A DNA stretch of 63,067 nt, the filler included, from Octopus bimaculoides (lineage: Eukaryota), in the NCBI RefSeq assembly GCF_001194135.2. It is 3 parts of 3 records of this genome, joined end to end, with 100 filler letters (N's around TTAATTAATTAA, not from the genome) between each part and the next. Parts side by side here need not be neighbours in the genome. Positions count along the whole stretch, not along the records: positions 1 to 23,617 come from NC_068983.1; 2 more parts are not named here. One strand, given 5' to 3'. This document shows positions 1 to 13,379 of the stretch, piece by piece (the first letter of the stretch is position 1; every line of letters starts with the position of its first letter). Under the pieces are notes generated by a model. That model was not told where the DNA came from and searched no databases. It saw only the letters and a program-made list of their open reading frames with translations. The translations under genes and the position numbers were made by a program.

Positions 1-225
1 CAGACGAACCAATGGCTCAAAATGAGACACAGTTTAGGGCAGCGATGTCAAATTCTCTTATACACCAGATGTGCCATCAAAACTCTCGATTGGACTATAT
101 CAAGTGGAGGAGAAGAGCCATGCAAGGAACGTGAAAAGAGCAAAGCATAAAGACGGAAAATCACGGTGGTGCTCCAACATGACCACGGCCACTTGGTTGA
201 AACCCATAAAAAAAAATACATTTAT

Positions 226-285
226 GTATTTATACATACATACATATATACATACATACATACATATATACATACATACACATAT
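226..285. repeat. (TACA)n/(TA)n compound microsatellite
   Basis: Direct reading: atacatacatacatatatacatacatacatacatatatacatacatacacatat. Confidence 0.9.
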
Positions 286-1127
286 GTTTGGTGACACAAA
301 CAAGAAAAACAGAACTGAAAAATATGAATATGTATTTTGTTTAGAAATTGGCAGAAGTCATAAAGTGACATAACATATTTTCAAAGTTATATGCATTAGA
401 ACTTATCAAACTTTTCACTTTGATAAGAACTTCTCCGCTCATTCAGTTGATTTAAACGTTTGTTTCTGTGTATTAAAAAAAAAGAAGAATGTACCTTGAG
501 AACTTTATCACAGATAAATGAAAGAAATTATTTATATTTTGATAAAAAAATATGCTACCAGTTTCAAATGTTTGAAAAGGTGATTTAGTCACGTTGAAAT
601 AGAAGAGGAAAGAAGCTGAAACAAATTGATCTTTCATATAAGTTCAGGATTTTCATATGAATTTCTTCGAAAAATGACACAGTACTAAACTTTTGTTTCC
701 TTCCCATTCTTCATCGTTTGTAGTAGCAACAGCTCTAGTTTCTGTTATAGTCCCCAGAAACAAATTTCATTTGTCTGTTACCATTCATCACATATATGTA
801 AATCAGAGACTATTCTCCTAAACGGAACCGGCAGAGACAAATAAGGCGCCAAAACCAAAGTACTCATCACTACACTATGAGAGAGACACAAATGCCCCCT
901 AATCTTCAATTAAACATTTCTTTCGGCGAATCACTGTAATGTAACATCTGCAATTTATATTGTATGCAGTCCATGGTGTAGACTAATTCTGTTTTTTTTT
1001 TTTGGTGGGTGGGGGGGAATGCATGAGTTGTTCAGATTAAAAAAGTGGGTTAGGCCTGATGTACGGTATTTCCACACTTAAAAAAAGATTTACGCAGAGG
1101 TCTAGCATTATTTTTTAACTTCTCTAT

Positions 1128-2255
1128 TACGAAAGTTGGCTGAAAAGGTTTAGGTTGCCCAAATGAGATTCTTTCAGGTTCACATATTTCATCAATTGGT
1201 GTTGCAGTGCTTGGATCCCACTGGTGAAGAAGCTTTCATCCTGTTGCTAAAAACAAGTGAGTAACAGCAGATGTGACGTCATCATCACTGCGATAGCGGT
1301 TCCAGCCAACTGGGGGTTTTAATGTTGGGAAAGAGATGATAGTTAGATGGGGTCAAAACAAGAGAACAGGAAGACTGATCTACCAGTTCAAAGCCACGAC
1401 CACGCACAGCAGCCATTAAAACGAAGGACTTGTGTGATGGAGCGTTGTCCTCGTGAAACAAGTCTCCCTTCGTCAGTTTTCCTGGACAAGTTGGCATAGT
1501 ACTCTCCATTAATGGTGTGACCCATAAACATAATGCCTTTTCATTCTAAAACACTGAGGCCATCTCCTTTCCTGAAAATGAAACGGCCTTGGCCTTCTTT
1601 ACGTTAGTTGAGGAGTATTTCCAGTGTTTCCACTGCCAGGATTGTCTCATTATCTCTGGCTCAAAGTAATGAACTCAACACTCATCTTGGATTAGGAAAC
1701 GCTCAAGGAAATCAGCTGGAGCTGCTTCAAACAATGTCAGATTTACCCGTGATGTGATCAGCCTGGTACGCTTTTGATCAGGTGACAGAAAACATGGCAC
1801 CCACCGAATAGAAACCTTCGTTATGCCAAGTTCATTATCTAGAATATTCTGAAGTCTTTCTTAAGTTATATATTGAAAGCATTCTGTATTTGATTTTTAG
1901 TCATTCACCTGTCATCCATCACCATATAGTGAACGCTATCAATGTTTTCTCCGGTGCTGGCAGTTGCAAGACACACAAACTTCGAGTCTCGTTCAAGACT
2001 CTCCCATCCCCTCCTGAATTCAGCTGCTCACTTTTGCACTGTTGATAAATCTGGAGTGTCATTTCCTAAAATTGCAAACATGCCAGCATGTATGTCTTTG
2101 GGAGCTAAACAATTTTCGTCATGTACTTGATAATATCACAGTCCCAAATTTTATCCGTCGCCGCTAGTTACTTTTGAAATTTATTCATGCAAGACTTCAC
2201 AGTTCTAACCTCACTTCTTCGTAGTCAGCCCATGAAATTTTCAGCCCATTTCGTA
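1128..2255 (-). mobile_element. Mariner (Tc1/mariner, DD34D-type) DNA transposon, decayed, both TIRs present
   Basis: Left end TACGAAAGTTGGCTGAAAAGGTT (1128) matches the reverse complement of the right end, TACGAAATGGGCTGAAAATTT (ending 2255), with TA at both termini. Minus-strand translation across frameshifts gives mariner motifs: RWVPCFLSPDQKR (WVPxxL), FLERFLIQDEC (first D), HEDNAPSH (HDNA, second D) and SLVLTPSNYHLFPNIK (decayed YSPDLAPSDYHLF). Confidence 0.9.
1140..2130 (-). pseudogene. Mariner transposase pseudogene (multiple stops and frameshifts; third catalytic D reads N)
   Basis: N-terminal HTH-like segment APKDIHAGMFAILGNDTPDLSTVQK*AAEFRRG, then WVP, DE, DNA and PSNYHLF motifs in order. 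ORF 1285-1509(-) covers part of the catalytic domain. Confidence 0.85.
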
Positions 2256-2394
2256 TGCTGTAAAGCAATCAAAAACACACGCCTTCGAGAAATCATAAAT
2301 ACAAAGTATGCAGAGTATGAAAGCAACAATGACCTCTGGGACAAGACAAGCTGAGGTCCACCGGCCAAGAAATGCCGAGACATAAGCAGAAATG

Positions 2395-2757
2395 TGTACT
2401 ATTTTATTTTTTTACTTGTTTCAGTCATTAGACTACAGCCATGCTGGGCACCGATTTGTAGAACTTTTAGTCGAATGAGTCCACCTCAGTACTTTTTCAA
2501 AGCCTGGTACTTAATCCGTCGGTACCTTTTGTCAGACCACTAGGTTATGAGACGTTAACACATCAACACCGGTTGTCAAGGGATGGTGGGGACAAACACA
2601 AACACAATGACACACACATTTGTGTGCGTATATGTAAAACTGAATATATATATATGACAAGCTTCTTACAGTTTCTGTTTACAAAATCCACTCAAGGTTA
2701 GATCGGCCTACATGCTTGGGAAGCAAGGTTCTTGCTATGCTACACGGCCACGCCTGA
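2395..2757 (-). mobile_element. tRNA-derived SINE, family A (internal CA/TG microsatellite), internally deleted
   Basis: Reverse complement shares head (GGCGTGGCC...GCTTCCCA), body (CCACCATC.CTTGACAACCGGTGTTG) and tail (ATGACTGAAACAAGTAAAA) with the copies at 18438 and 46873. Confidence 0.75.
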
Positions 2758-2820
2758 CCCTATATATCTGTGTGTGTGTGTGTATACATACATGCATACA
2801 TACATGATACATATAAATAC

Positions 2821-2851
<31 letters not shown>

Positions 2852-4313
2852 CANNNNNNNNNNAGAGAGAGAGAGAGAGAGAGAAAGAGCGAGAGAGAGA
2901 GAAAGAGCGAGAGAGAGAGAGAAAGAGTGAGAGACAGAGAGAGAGAGTTGTATGGATGTAAAGATGTATGCATATGATTTTATGTGCATGTGTATTATCA
3001 ATGAGGTATTATATTGTAAACAATTTCACATGTATCCGTTGACGAGCCATTACGTGTACATACATATAAGTTATGTGTTTAAATTGCAGAAACTCTTGAC
3101 AGAAATAACGATTCTGCAGGTTCTTCTGTGTTTAAAAACTCATCGGAGGGGTCTTACATTTTCCATTCTATAATGAGAGTGACAAATATATGATGTATTT
3201 GTACATCCCTTAAGTCGACTTCCAGAAGAATATGGTCAGGTAAACTGAAATTAGTTTTGTGGGAAATTATGTGATGTTGCGCTTAGTGACCATCAAGTTA
3301 GTAAGCATTGAGTAGGCAACGCAAAATGATACTAATTTACGTATACCTATTGAGAAAATTACAATACATTTTCATTCCTCTTTAGTTTTCTTTTCAATAA
3401 GCTGCTATATTTAGCAGATGGCACATTCGCGTAATGCTTTCACCCATATTTATTTTCTATATTCTAATGTATAGAGCGATATTGGCAAGGTGTCGGTAAT
3501 GTTTTCAATAAACAGAAAACATCCGTTCAATAAATCTGGTGTCATGAATGTGTCTCACATTCAACCATTATCTCAGGTGTCATTTCCAATAAAAGAATAT
3601 TTACATCGGTACATTTATTTGCAGATAATAATAGCTCTAAAAATTTGCATTTCTAACAAGAACAATAATAACCACAGCAACAACCTCACTATAACGACAC
3701 AAACCTAATGGCAAAAACAAATCTAAAATGTATTATAAAGAAAGTGGAATCCATGCTTGCTTTCCTTTCTCGCGAAATCGGACCATATTGAAGATACTCT
3801 GTCACGCAAATCTACTTTCAACAAAGATATCTTAACTTCGTGTCGCTATGGAATTTGATGCCGTTAATTCGCAGTGGTGTTTGGTAAAGCTGAATATCGA
3901 AATACTTGCAAGAAAAGTTTAGAACAAAAATACAAATAAAGCGATGCTTTTCCTTTTAGTGTGTTTCTCCTTTCCTTGTCATTTTCCTTCCTCTCACACC
4001 ATATATGTAAATGCCTATCATATTTTCATGAAGCAAATGATAATAGCAGCTCTTTTTAGGGGAAGTGAATTTTCGCATGTTATTGTAGTCTGGGAGTCTA
4101 CAACGAGATACCTGGGATTCACTATGCAACTTGATTATTCTTTTCTATTCCACTGAGATGCTGAATCGATAAACTGCTGAAAGGGTCAGTGCATCAAATA
4201 GTATAACGACGCTTTTCACAATCAATGTATAAATCATGCAGTCGGTTACCTCCCTTCACGAATTTGCAAATAGGCATCATGGGATAAATAATTACGCAGG
4301 TATGCGTATGAAT

Positions 4314-4318
<5 letters not shown>

Positions 4319-4378
<60 letters not shown>
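4319..4378. repeat. (TG)n microsatellite
   Basis: About 30 perfect GT units read directly. Confidence 0.95.
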
Positions 4379-4379
<1 letters not shown>

Positions 4380-5116
4380 TCTAGAAGCAGGGGAAACCTT
4401 GAATGATACGTGTTTTGGTCATTTAAACGCCGTGGAACTCTTGTTATACAAAGCTACCACAATTGAATTCTGCTTGAAACTGTGAGCGAAGAGAGAGTGA
4501 GAGTGGTGGAAAGTAAATGAGATAAAGGGAAGCCAGACATTAACAGTAATACTTGGCTTATACTTTATTTATGGATTCCGAAATGCCGAACAGTAAAGCT
4601 GTCCTCCAGAGGATTTCAACAGAGAGCGCAGGAAGGTATCCCACAAGTCAATCTATCAGACACTGTACGGACTCGGCAGGGCATGTTTGATGCTAAGCAA
4701 CCAAATCCACTTCATGGATTAAAAAACAAATCCCACTGAACGGGTAAGGAAACAAGAAAACGCAGCCATTACGGCGAGTGAGAATGAAAAATAGAATAAT
4801 CTTCTATCATCCGATAATTTGATGCCACGTAATTAAACTGAATTTATTTAATTGAAGAAGAAATAAGTCCTAGCCAATGTGATAAATGTAGATATGACGC
4901 CTAGCGATCTAGAAGAAAATACTTTGATTAGTAACTTACATGCCGCCAGAATGAAATAAATGCGCGTATGTGTGTAGGCAGATAGAGAGAGGGGGAGGGA
5001 GGGAGAGGGAGAGAGAGAGAGGTACATATATAATAAACTGTTTTATTGAGTTGAATAATTTCCACAAATGGTTACTCTGAGTTTCATATAACCAAGAGTA
5101 TCATATATATGTATAC

Positions 5117-5149
<33 letters not shown>

Positions 5150-7768
5150 NNNNNNNNNNNNNNNNNNNNNNNNNNNNNNNNNNNNNNNNNNNNNNNNNNN
5201 NNNNNNNNNNNNNNNNNNNNNNNNNNNNNNNNNNNNNNNNNNNNNNNNNNNNNNNNNNNNNNNNNNNNNNNNNNNNNNNNNNNNNNNNNNNNNNNNNNNN
5301 NNNNNNNNNNNNNNNNNNNNNNNNNNNNNNNNNNNNNNNNNNNNNNNNNNNNNNNNNNNNNNNNNNNNNNNNNNNNNNNNNNNNNNNNNNNNNNNNNNNN
5401 NNNNNNNNNNNNNNNNNNNNNNNNNNNNNNNNNNNNNNNNNNNNNNNNNNNNNNNNNNNNNNNNNNNNNNNNNNNNNNNNNNNNNNNNNNNNNNNNNNNN
5501 NNNNNNNNNNNNNNNNNNNNNNNNNNNNNNNNNNNNNNNNNNNNNNNNNNNNNNNNNNNNNNNNNNNNNNNNNNNNNNNNNNNNNNNNNNNNNNNNNNNN
5601 NNNNNNNNNNNNNNNNNNNNNNNNNNNNNNNNNNNNNNNNNNNNNNNNNNNNNNNNNNNNNNNNNNNNNNNNNNNNNNNNNNNNNNNNNNNNNNNNNNNN
5701 NNNNNNNNNNNNNNNNNNNNNNNNNNNNNNNNNNNNNNNNNNNNNNNNNNNNNNNNNNNNNNNNNNNNNNNNNNNNNNNNNNNNNNNNNNNNNNNNNNNN
5801 NNNNNNNNNNNNNNNNNNNNNNNNNNNNNNNNNNNNNNNNNNNNNNNNNNNNNNNNNNNNNNNNNNNNNNNNNNNNNNNNNNNNNNNNNNNNNNNNNNNN
5901 NNNNNNNNNNNNNNNNNNNNNNNNNNNNNNNNNNNNNNNNNNNNNNNNNNNNNNNNNNNNNNNNNNNNNNNNNNNNNNNNNNNNNNNNNNNNNNNNNNNN
6001 NNNNNNNNNNNNNNNNNNNNNNNNNNNNNNNNNNNNNNNNNNNNNNNNNATATATATTTATATATATATAATTATATATTTATATATATATCATTATATA
6101 TTTATATATATTTATATATAATTATATATATAGAGAGAGAGAGAGAGATAGAGGGGGAGAGAGAGATATACACATATTCACACACGCACACGCACAAACA
6201 TACACATATGTATACGTATGTGTATGTTTGTGTGTGTGTGTGTTTGTGAATGTGTGAGCGGGTGTTTGTGAACGTGAGTGTGTGTGTGTGCTTGTGTGTG
6301 TGCGTGTGGGTGTGTGTGTGTGTGTGTGTCTCTAAAAACATATATTCACACATGTATTTTGTTTTGCAATGTCAAAACTGAAATGTCAAGAATGCTTTCA
6401 ACATAAAATTAGTGAGAAAGCTGTTTTGAATAAAATTGTAGCAGAAACAAAATAAACAACTGCAAATTCAATAAATAAATAGAAATCATGCATCTAATTG
6501 TGACGAATAGTTTCCATTTATGTTTAGTTTTCTTAATGACATATAAAAATTGCCGAGATGTTTCTATATTTTTTTCCACCTATGAAATATGGCGACTCAA
6601 ATAAAACAAATATAAGGCTACTGAAAATGTGAAAGAAAAATCATTTTATATGATATAAAAAGAAGTTCGACAATATAGCCGATATGTCTTCGAAAATACC
6701 TGGTTTTATTTAAAAATTTTTCTTTTTTTTTGTAATTATATTTTCGAAAATCTTTTTGTGTTCCATTTTAAATGTCATTATATATTCTGCAAATATTCTA
6801 TTGCTGTTTGATACAAGCACAGGAGCAAAAGAATTCTTGTTTCCCCTTGTTAGCAACTAAATAATGTAACCCTGTTGACATTTCTCATGCATTGAAAAGT
6901 AAAGAAAACCCACGCCCTCCCAAAGAAGAGAAACTAAATGTATACACATAGGCATGTATGATGTCATTCGTTTTTTGATAATTTGAAATTCTCCAGTCAA
7001 GAATGAGTTGACTTTTAACAAAGAGAAAAAACTTCATCGCTGCATGTATCTATCCATTTATATACGTGTGTGCATATACATGAATGTGTTTGTGTATATA
7101 TATGTATGTATAGTGTGAATAGATAGGGCTAATGTATCCAGGTGGGTACAGTTCGATTACTCAGTTATAATCCAAGATATGGCTAACTATATGGATTGCT
7201 GAGGAATGCCTAGGACTACTCGAGGTATATCATTCGATGAGTATACCCTGGGTTCGCATCGCTAGATTATAAATAGATTACCAAATGTATATCTAAGACA
7301 ATTACACTGTATATGGAGATTAATACGTCTGCAGCTTTTTTTTTTTTTTACTTCTACAGTCAAACTACACACCATATTTGATTTAAATGTGTCCGACGCA
7401 CGTTTCTGCTGCACAGATATGTCGTAATTGCATTTTCTCCCAGTTACATTCACCTGCTTAGTAGTCTATACCACTGTCGTGCTTTGGGAACGAACTAATT
7501 ATAGTGTAAGTTTAACTAGCATTATTAGATCTGGTTGGGGACTATAGTTTTTGAGTGCAAAGAATGTGAGGATCATTTGGAAACCCGATACAACATAAAA
7601 CCTGTTATCGGGTTGATGCTATAATGACCGGAGGTTTGAATTTTTAATCATAAATACTAGATCTTGAATTAGATCAGATTATATCTTTTAACCACCAGCC
7701 TTAAGTGGAATCGGAATTAATGGTTTTCAAAGATATTGTGTACAATTATGGGTCACTAAATTAGATAT

Positions 7769-7945
7769 AATTTAGATATATGAGATATATAGAGCATACT
7801 AGCGAGGCCAATCCTAATCGTTCTTTATATAAATCAAGTTTTAATTTACATCTAGTCCTATATGTAAATCAAAACTTGATCTATATAAAGAATGATTTGG
7901 ATTGGACCCCACGAGTAAGTTCTTCATATTTCATATATTTAAATT
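7769..7945. repeat. Long inverted repeat / foldback (about 83-bp arms, 10-nt loop), MITE-like
   Basis: Inner arms CCAATCCTAATCGTTCTTTATATAAATCAAGTTTTAATTTACAT and ATGTAAATCAAAACTTGATCTATATAAAGAATGATTTGGATTGG pair with 4 mismatches. Looser pairing continues outward to about 7769 and 7945. Confidence 0.85.
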
Positions 7946-8009
7946 GTGAGTTATTTACAGGGAAAAGCCTATTTCACTAATACTTATACATCTGAAAATG
8001 CATAATAAA

Positions 8010-8470
8010 TGAGTATAGCACTGAGATCGATGTAATCTACAAGCCCCTCTGCCACGTATTCAGGCCTTTTGTCCTTAGTAGTAAGAATGATAAGGGAACA
8101 AGTTGGTAAAATCGTTAGCATGTTGGAGAAAATCCTTGGCAACTTTTCTTCCAGCTCTTTAAACTCTTTCTGTTTATAGCACTAAAGACAACTTTACCTT
8201 TGTTCCTTTCTGAGTCGATGTAATTGACTTACACCTACCCCCAAATTTACTGGTTGTGTGATAAATTTTAGAAAAAATTAATTATAAGGTGACAAGCTAG
8301 TAGTATCGATAGTGTGATGGAATGTTTTCCTGATCCTTATGTTCTCAGTTGAAATTCCACCATATCGAATGTACCTTCCGTTGTCCAGAGTCCATAAACG
8401 CTGCAATCGAGCATTCATTTTGATGCAATAGATTAACTTGCAGCTTCTGAATTTACTAACCTTGTGCTAA
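8010..8470 (+). mobile_element. Cluster of degenerate SINE family B fragments
   Basis: Contains GATCGATGTAATC, CAGGCCTT.TGTCC and GGTAAAATCGTTAGCA motifs shared with family B copies elsewhere in the window. Confidence 0.55.
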
Positions 8471-8610
8471 AATTTGAAAGCATTTTTGTCAATTTTATTT
8501 TTCTGTACTTCAATGTGCTATTATGTAGTGGGAAAACTGCGTAGTTTTTATAATTTGTAATATAATTGTCATCTTTAACTTCGCGGAACAGTAGTGGAAG
8601 TTGGAACACT

Positions 8611-8670
8611 GATATTGTTTATTTTGACACAAGGAAACATTTGATAAGATTCCACAATAAAACGATTGCA
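8611..8670 (+). pseudogene. Tiny CR1/L2-type reverse transcriptase remnant
   Basis: With one frameshift it reads DIVYFDTRK-[A]FDKIPQ, matching the D.VYLDFxKAFDKVPH motif of CR1/L2 RT. Very short. Confidence 0.4.
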
Positions 8671-9507
8671 CGTGAATTTATTATTCAGAGAGATAACCTT
8701 TTTAGAAATAGTTGTGATCGCAAAAAACATCTAGGCTTCAAGAATGTGCGATGGAGAAAAGAGATAATAAAGAGTGAGAACCAAATTGAAATTTAAAAAA
8801 TATATATATACGATAAATAAATTATCATCCTATATGCAGTAAACATTGTTGAATATATGGAAATACATTGTATACGTACTGTTTGGTTATATATATAGTT
8901 CTATATTATAGTATATTTTCAGTTTTGTTAATATTCTTATCTTATTTTTCAAGTTCTTTACTGGTGCCGAGTAAAAAGATCACCACCGAATCAAAACTTT
9001 ACATTCAACGCAGTTTTTTTATTATTCTATTTAAACAATGTATTAATTAACGTCGTTAATTAGCACAGTTGAATGGGGTGATGTGCTTAACAACGAACAC
9101 AATACGCTGCCACGACGGAAGTGGGCAAAACTTATGAAATTATTAAAGGAATTTTGGTATGGATTTATATTACACAACCATGTACTACAAACTGATAACT
9201 GCTGAGTGAGATTATGGAGTGCAGTTACTGCTTTTTTGCATTGTATTCTGTCCATGGTATAGTGAAGATAACGTACTGCACTTTTATTGTGTCGATGATT
9301 TGTTTAATTGACAGAAATGGGAAATAATTTAATCAAAAACTCTTTGATTTGAAAAACATCTGTCCAATGCGCATCAAATAAATCAATGCTTGAGATTGTT
9401 GGTCGATAGCCTATAGGCTAACAAAACACGGAGTCAGCGCTGTGCGATGACTCCAGCTTAAAGACATAAATGTATGTGTGCCTGTTTATATAAGCGTTCG
9501 TTTGTGC

Positions 9508-9546
<39 letters not shown>

Positions 9547-9565
9547 NNNNNNNNNNCGTTTGTGC

Positions 9566-9616
<51 letters not shown>

Positions 9617-9752
9617 CGTGTGTGTGTGTGTGTGTGTGTTTGTATTAGTCGAGAGACTGTAGTTTCGTATCCACGTATCGATTTGATAAATTGCATCGGT
9701 GTAAAATTTCTTGGACGATGAACAACTGTCATATAGATTATCACTATCATTA

Positions 9753-10310
9753 TAGACGTCGCGCAGTATACAATGTCTTGAGGTTGTTGATTGAAGATAT
9801 TGTGTCTACGGGGTGAGGGGTAGTACTGTTTGTCAAGTCACAACAAGGACCTCGGACAGACAGTACTTTACGCAATATGCGCGCAGTTCCAGGTAATGCA
9901 GACTTTTGAAATACACCTACATTGTAGGGTATTTCTAAAGTTTTCAGATGTTTTGTTTTTCTTTTCAGATTGGGTGGTATTGAACCCAGTGATCCGATGA
10001 CAATAGGGATAACCTTTACATTTGACTCTCGTAGCTGCCACATCTTAGCGACCTCAATTCTCAGGTCTCTATGTTTATCAACTGTTTCTCTTTTTTTCAT
10101 GATGATATGTTGATCTCCTGGCACTGTCACGTCAATTGTTAGGCATGCTTGTTTGTCATTCCTAAAAGTTATTATATCCAGCCTTCTGTGCTATAATACC
10201 TTGTCTCTGTGGAAGTCAAAGTCCCAGAGGATTTTTGATTTCCCCTTTTCGTCCATTACCTTTTCCAGTGTATGTTGGTACCACGCACCTGCAACCTCAT
10301 ACCTATACTA
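9753..10310 (-). mobile_element. R4/Dong-type non-LTR retrotransposon, 3' fragment (restriction-like endonuclease region plus 3' UTR)
   Basis: Minus strand reads WYQHTLEKVMDEKGKSKILWDFDFHRDKVL*HRRLDII...IDVTVPGD...KHRDLRIEVAKMW...VIPIVIGSLG...FQKSALPGTARILRKVLSV, the typical REL C-terminus. It ends in a degenerate ATAATGATAGTGATAAT tail near 9735-9753. Confidence 0.85.
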
Positions 10311-10480
10311 AGGTAGCATGGGCAAATGGAACAAACGTCTCCTTCTAAACAATAGTAATGGGATGAGTCCCATTACAGCAAAGACATCAAACGAGGCATC
10401 TTTCAAGATAGATAGATGCATACATTCATATATAAATATATGTGTGTGCGCGCGTCTGTGTGTATGCGTGCGTGTTGTAC

Positions 10481-10520
<40 letters not shown>

Positions 10521-11689
10521 TCGTTTACTCGTATACATATGAATTTTCCATTTCCATGACCATGGCTATGATTAACGCTGTAAAACAGACCGTCAATTTA
10601 CTTCCCTTTATTATGCAAACGCAAATTACCAATTCCATTTATAAAGATCGATAAAACAATTACCTAAAGACGTAAGTGGCTAGGTATATATAATCGGCAA
10701 AGACAATCTCATCGAACACACTGATCTCACTATTCAAAAGTGGGTTCAAACGTTCATGTGCACAGATTCTATATAGACTTATAAGTAAGATTATTTAGAC
10801 TCAAGCGCATGTCTTAATACATGTGACCACATTTGTTTGATCTTCCCTTTCTATTTACACTTGCAACGAAGCACCATGGTTTAGTGAAAGTTTTGTTGTT
10901 CAAATTCATAAAGGCCCGAAATATTCGGTGTTTTCAACTGTCACCTGTATCTAAAGATTTTAATTACGAGAAAGATCACTTTTATGGTAAAAATACAAGG
11001 TTCTTCCAGATGAAGAATGAATTTCAAAACTGATTCAGCAGTTTAAACATAGATCGTAAAAAATTAGTGCATTAAATGAAAAAAATTAAGATTCAAATAA
11101 AGTTGCAAAATATTTTACTTTTATACCTTCAGAAATAAATTTGAATCATCTAATATTTTGTCAACATCCAACAGAAAAGATTAATACGTCAACTTAGTAG
11201 AAACAAGATTATACTTCTAAAAGACACTACTTGCACTTTGTAAAACCATAATAGCAATGATAATAGAAGATATAAAAGCTTTGGGCGTATAGTTTTAGTG
11301 TACAGTAAGTTATAATGGTAGAATAATTGTTCTGTTTACTGATGTTTGACATCATACATTATTTATTATTAATATTCTTCGTAGATCTTCATCAATCCTT
11401 GCGCAGTTGTATATCGTTTCTGACTCAGCACGTGGTTTCTTTTTCTGTTCGTTTTCTCTCTTTCTGTTTTATTTCTATAAATTTCCATTTTATATTTATT
11501 CATATAAAGTCATTGCATCCACATTACATTAACCATCAGAATAAATAGACACCTACGCATACCTTCTCATTTTCACCTCCTCATACGGCTCCACTTACTG
11601 ATCTACAAAATCAGAAGGAAAATAAGTGATTATATAAGTTAATGAAAATAAAGGAATTAATATCATTGTTATAAAAGGTTCAATCAGTA

Positions 11690-12410
11690 ACAGGATCATG
11701 AGAGTATTATTTAAGATACTTTAGGTTTTGAGCTCGAATCCCACCGAAGTCTTATATTTCACGAATTTGATAAAATGAATTAGAAGTTAGCAACTAAAGA
11801 ACAACTAAATCGACTAAACGTTGATAATGGTAAAGTGGGGCAGGTGGAAGAATCGTTAGTATGCCTGACAAAACGCTTAGTGGTATTTCATCCGCTTTAC
11901 GTTAAGAGATGAAACTCCGCCGAGGTCGCCGTTGCCTTCGTCCTCATGGGGGTCGATTAAGTAATGCCCGTTGAACACTGGGATCAATGTAATCGACTTA
12001 CCCACCCTCCCCCGAAATTACTGGCCTTGTGCCAAATTTTGAAACTTTCATTATTTTTATTAAGGTGGTGAGCTTGTAGAATCGTTAAGACATGCTTGGC
12101 GGCATTTCGTCCATCTTTAAGTTCTGAGTTCCAATTGCTCCGAGATTCTTTCGGAACCGATAAAATAAGTATTACTTGAGTTCTTAGTGATCGATGTAAT
12201 CGAGAAGCCCTGTCCCCTAAATTTATTGTGTTATTCTTAATTAAAACATATTATTTTTTTACTAAAGCGCGAAGGTGGCAGATCGTTAGCACGTCAGACA
12301 GAAACTTTAGTGTCATTTCTAACAGATTCGCGTTCTAATTTCAAATGCCACTGAGGCCGACATTGCTTTTCATCCTATTTCGGTCGATACAATAAGTACC
12401 TCCAAACACT
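11690..12410 (+). mobile_element. Tandem head-to-tail array of about 4 SINE family B copies
   Basis: Recurrent heads (GG.AGAATCGTTAG at ~11843, GTAGAATCGTTAAG at ~12076, GGCAGATCGTTAGCACG at ~12277) and bodies (GTCGAT, ATGTAATCGA, GGCCTTGTGCC). Confidence 0.8.
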
Positions 12411-13379
12411 GAGCTTGATGATATCGACTTATCTTTTCTCCTAACAGGTGTGCGAAAATTTGAACCATTCTTGTTGTTGTTGTTGCTGGTAGTGGTGTTA
12501 TTCTTCTTGATATTGTTGAGTTGCATTTCATGTTTTGCCAACAGAAGAAAACAGTTTTACTTTTATTATTAGTGGAAATATATATTAACAATATATACAT
12601 ACCTACAGAAATATCTACGTGTGTGCGCACACACACACACAGAGTAAAACAGAAAGAGAAACACAGAGAGAGAGACTTATATGTGCACACGCACATATAT
12701 AAAAACTCAGGGTAAGGGGGCACAGAATATCAGACTAAAATTATACGTATATATCTCCATTTAAGTGTGGATACACATACTTACCAACATACAATCATAC
12801 ATACATAATTACAAACATACATTCATACGTATTTCAAAACATCTACAGGCACTCACTAATACTCACATTCACAGGTAAGCATGCATGCACACGCGTTAAC
12901 ACATACGTACCTAGGCACACAGACACATACACGCATACACATTTTAATTCGTAATAAACACAGCGTAAAGATCTAAGTACAGAAGACTTGTCAAAACTAA
13001 TTCCTGGTTAAACTTGACAGGAAATCTCTTACGGTTCAATGTAATTCTATTTAGTAAATAGTTTTAGGAAACCAATGATTTATTAAGAATGTAGTTTAAC
13101 TGACAGATCGAAAGGAAGAACTAATGCGATAAATGATGTATTAAAATAAAACCCGAGGCCTGCTTTTTATCAGGCAGTGTTTTTATCAACAGGATTCTGA
13201 ATCGAAAACAACTTCTTTGTATATTTTTTGTGCATGCGTGTGCGTGAGTGTATGTGCGTGTGTGCGCGCGCTTTTGGACTTTTGTCTGTGTGTGTGTGTG
13301 TGTGTGGGCGTGTGTGTGTGTGCGTGTGTGTGTGAGTGTGTGTGCGTGCGTGTGCGTGCGTGTGTATGTGTGTGTGTCT

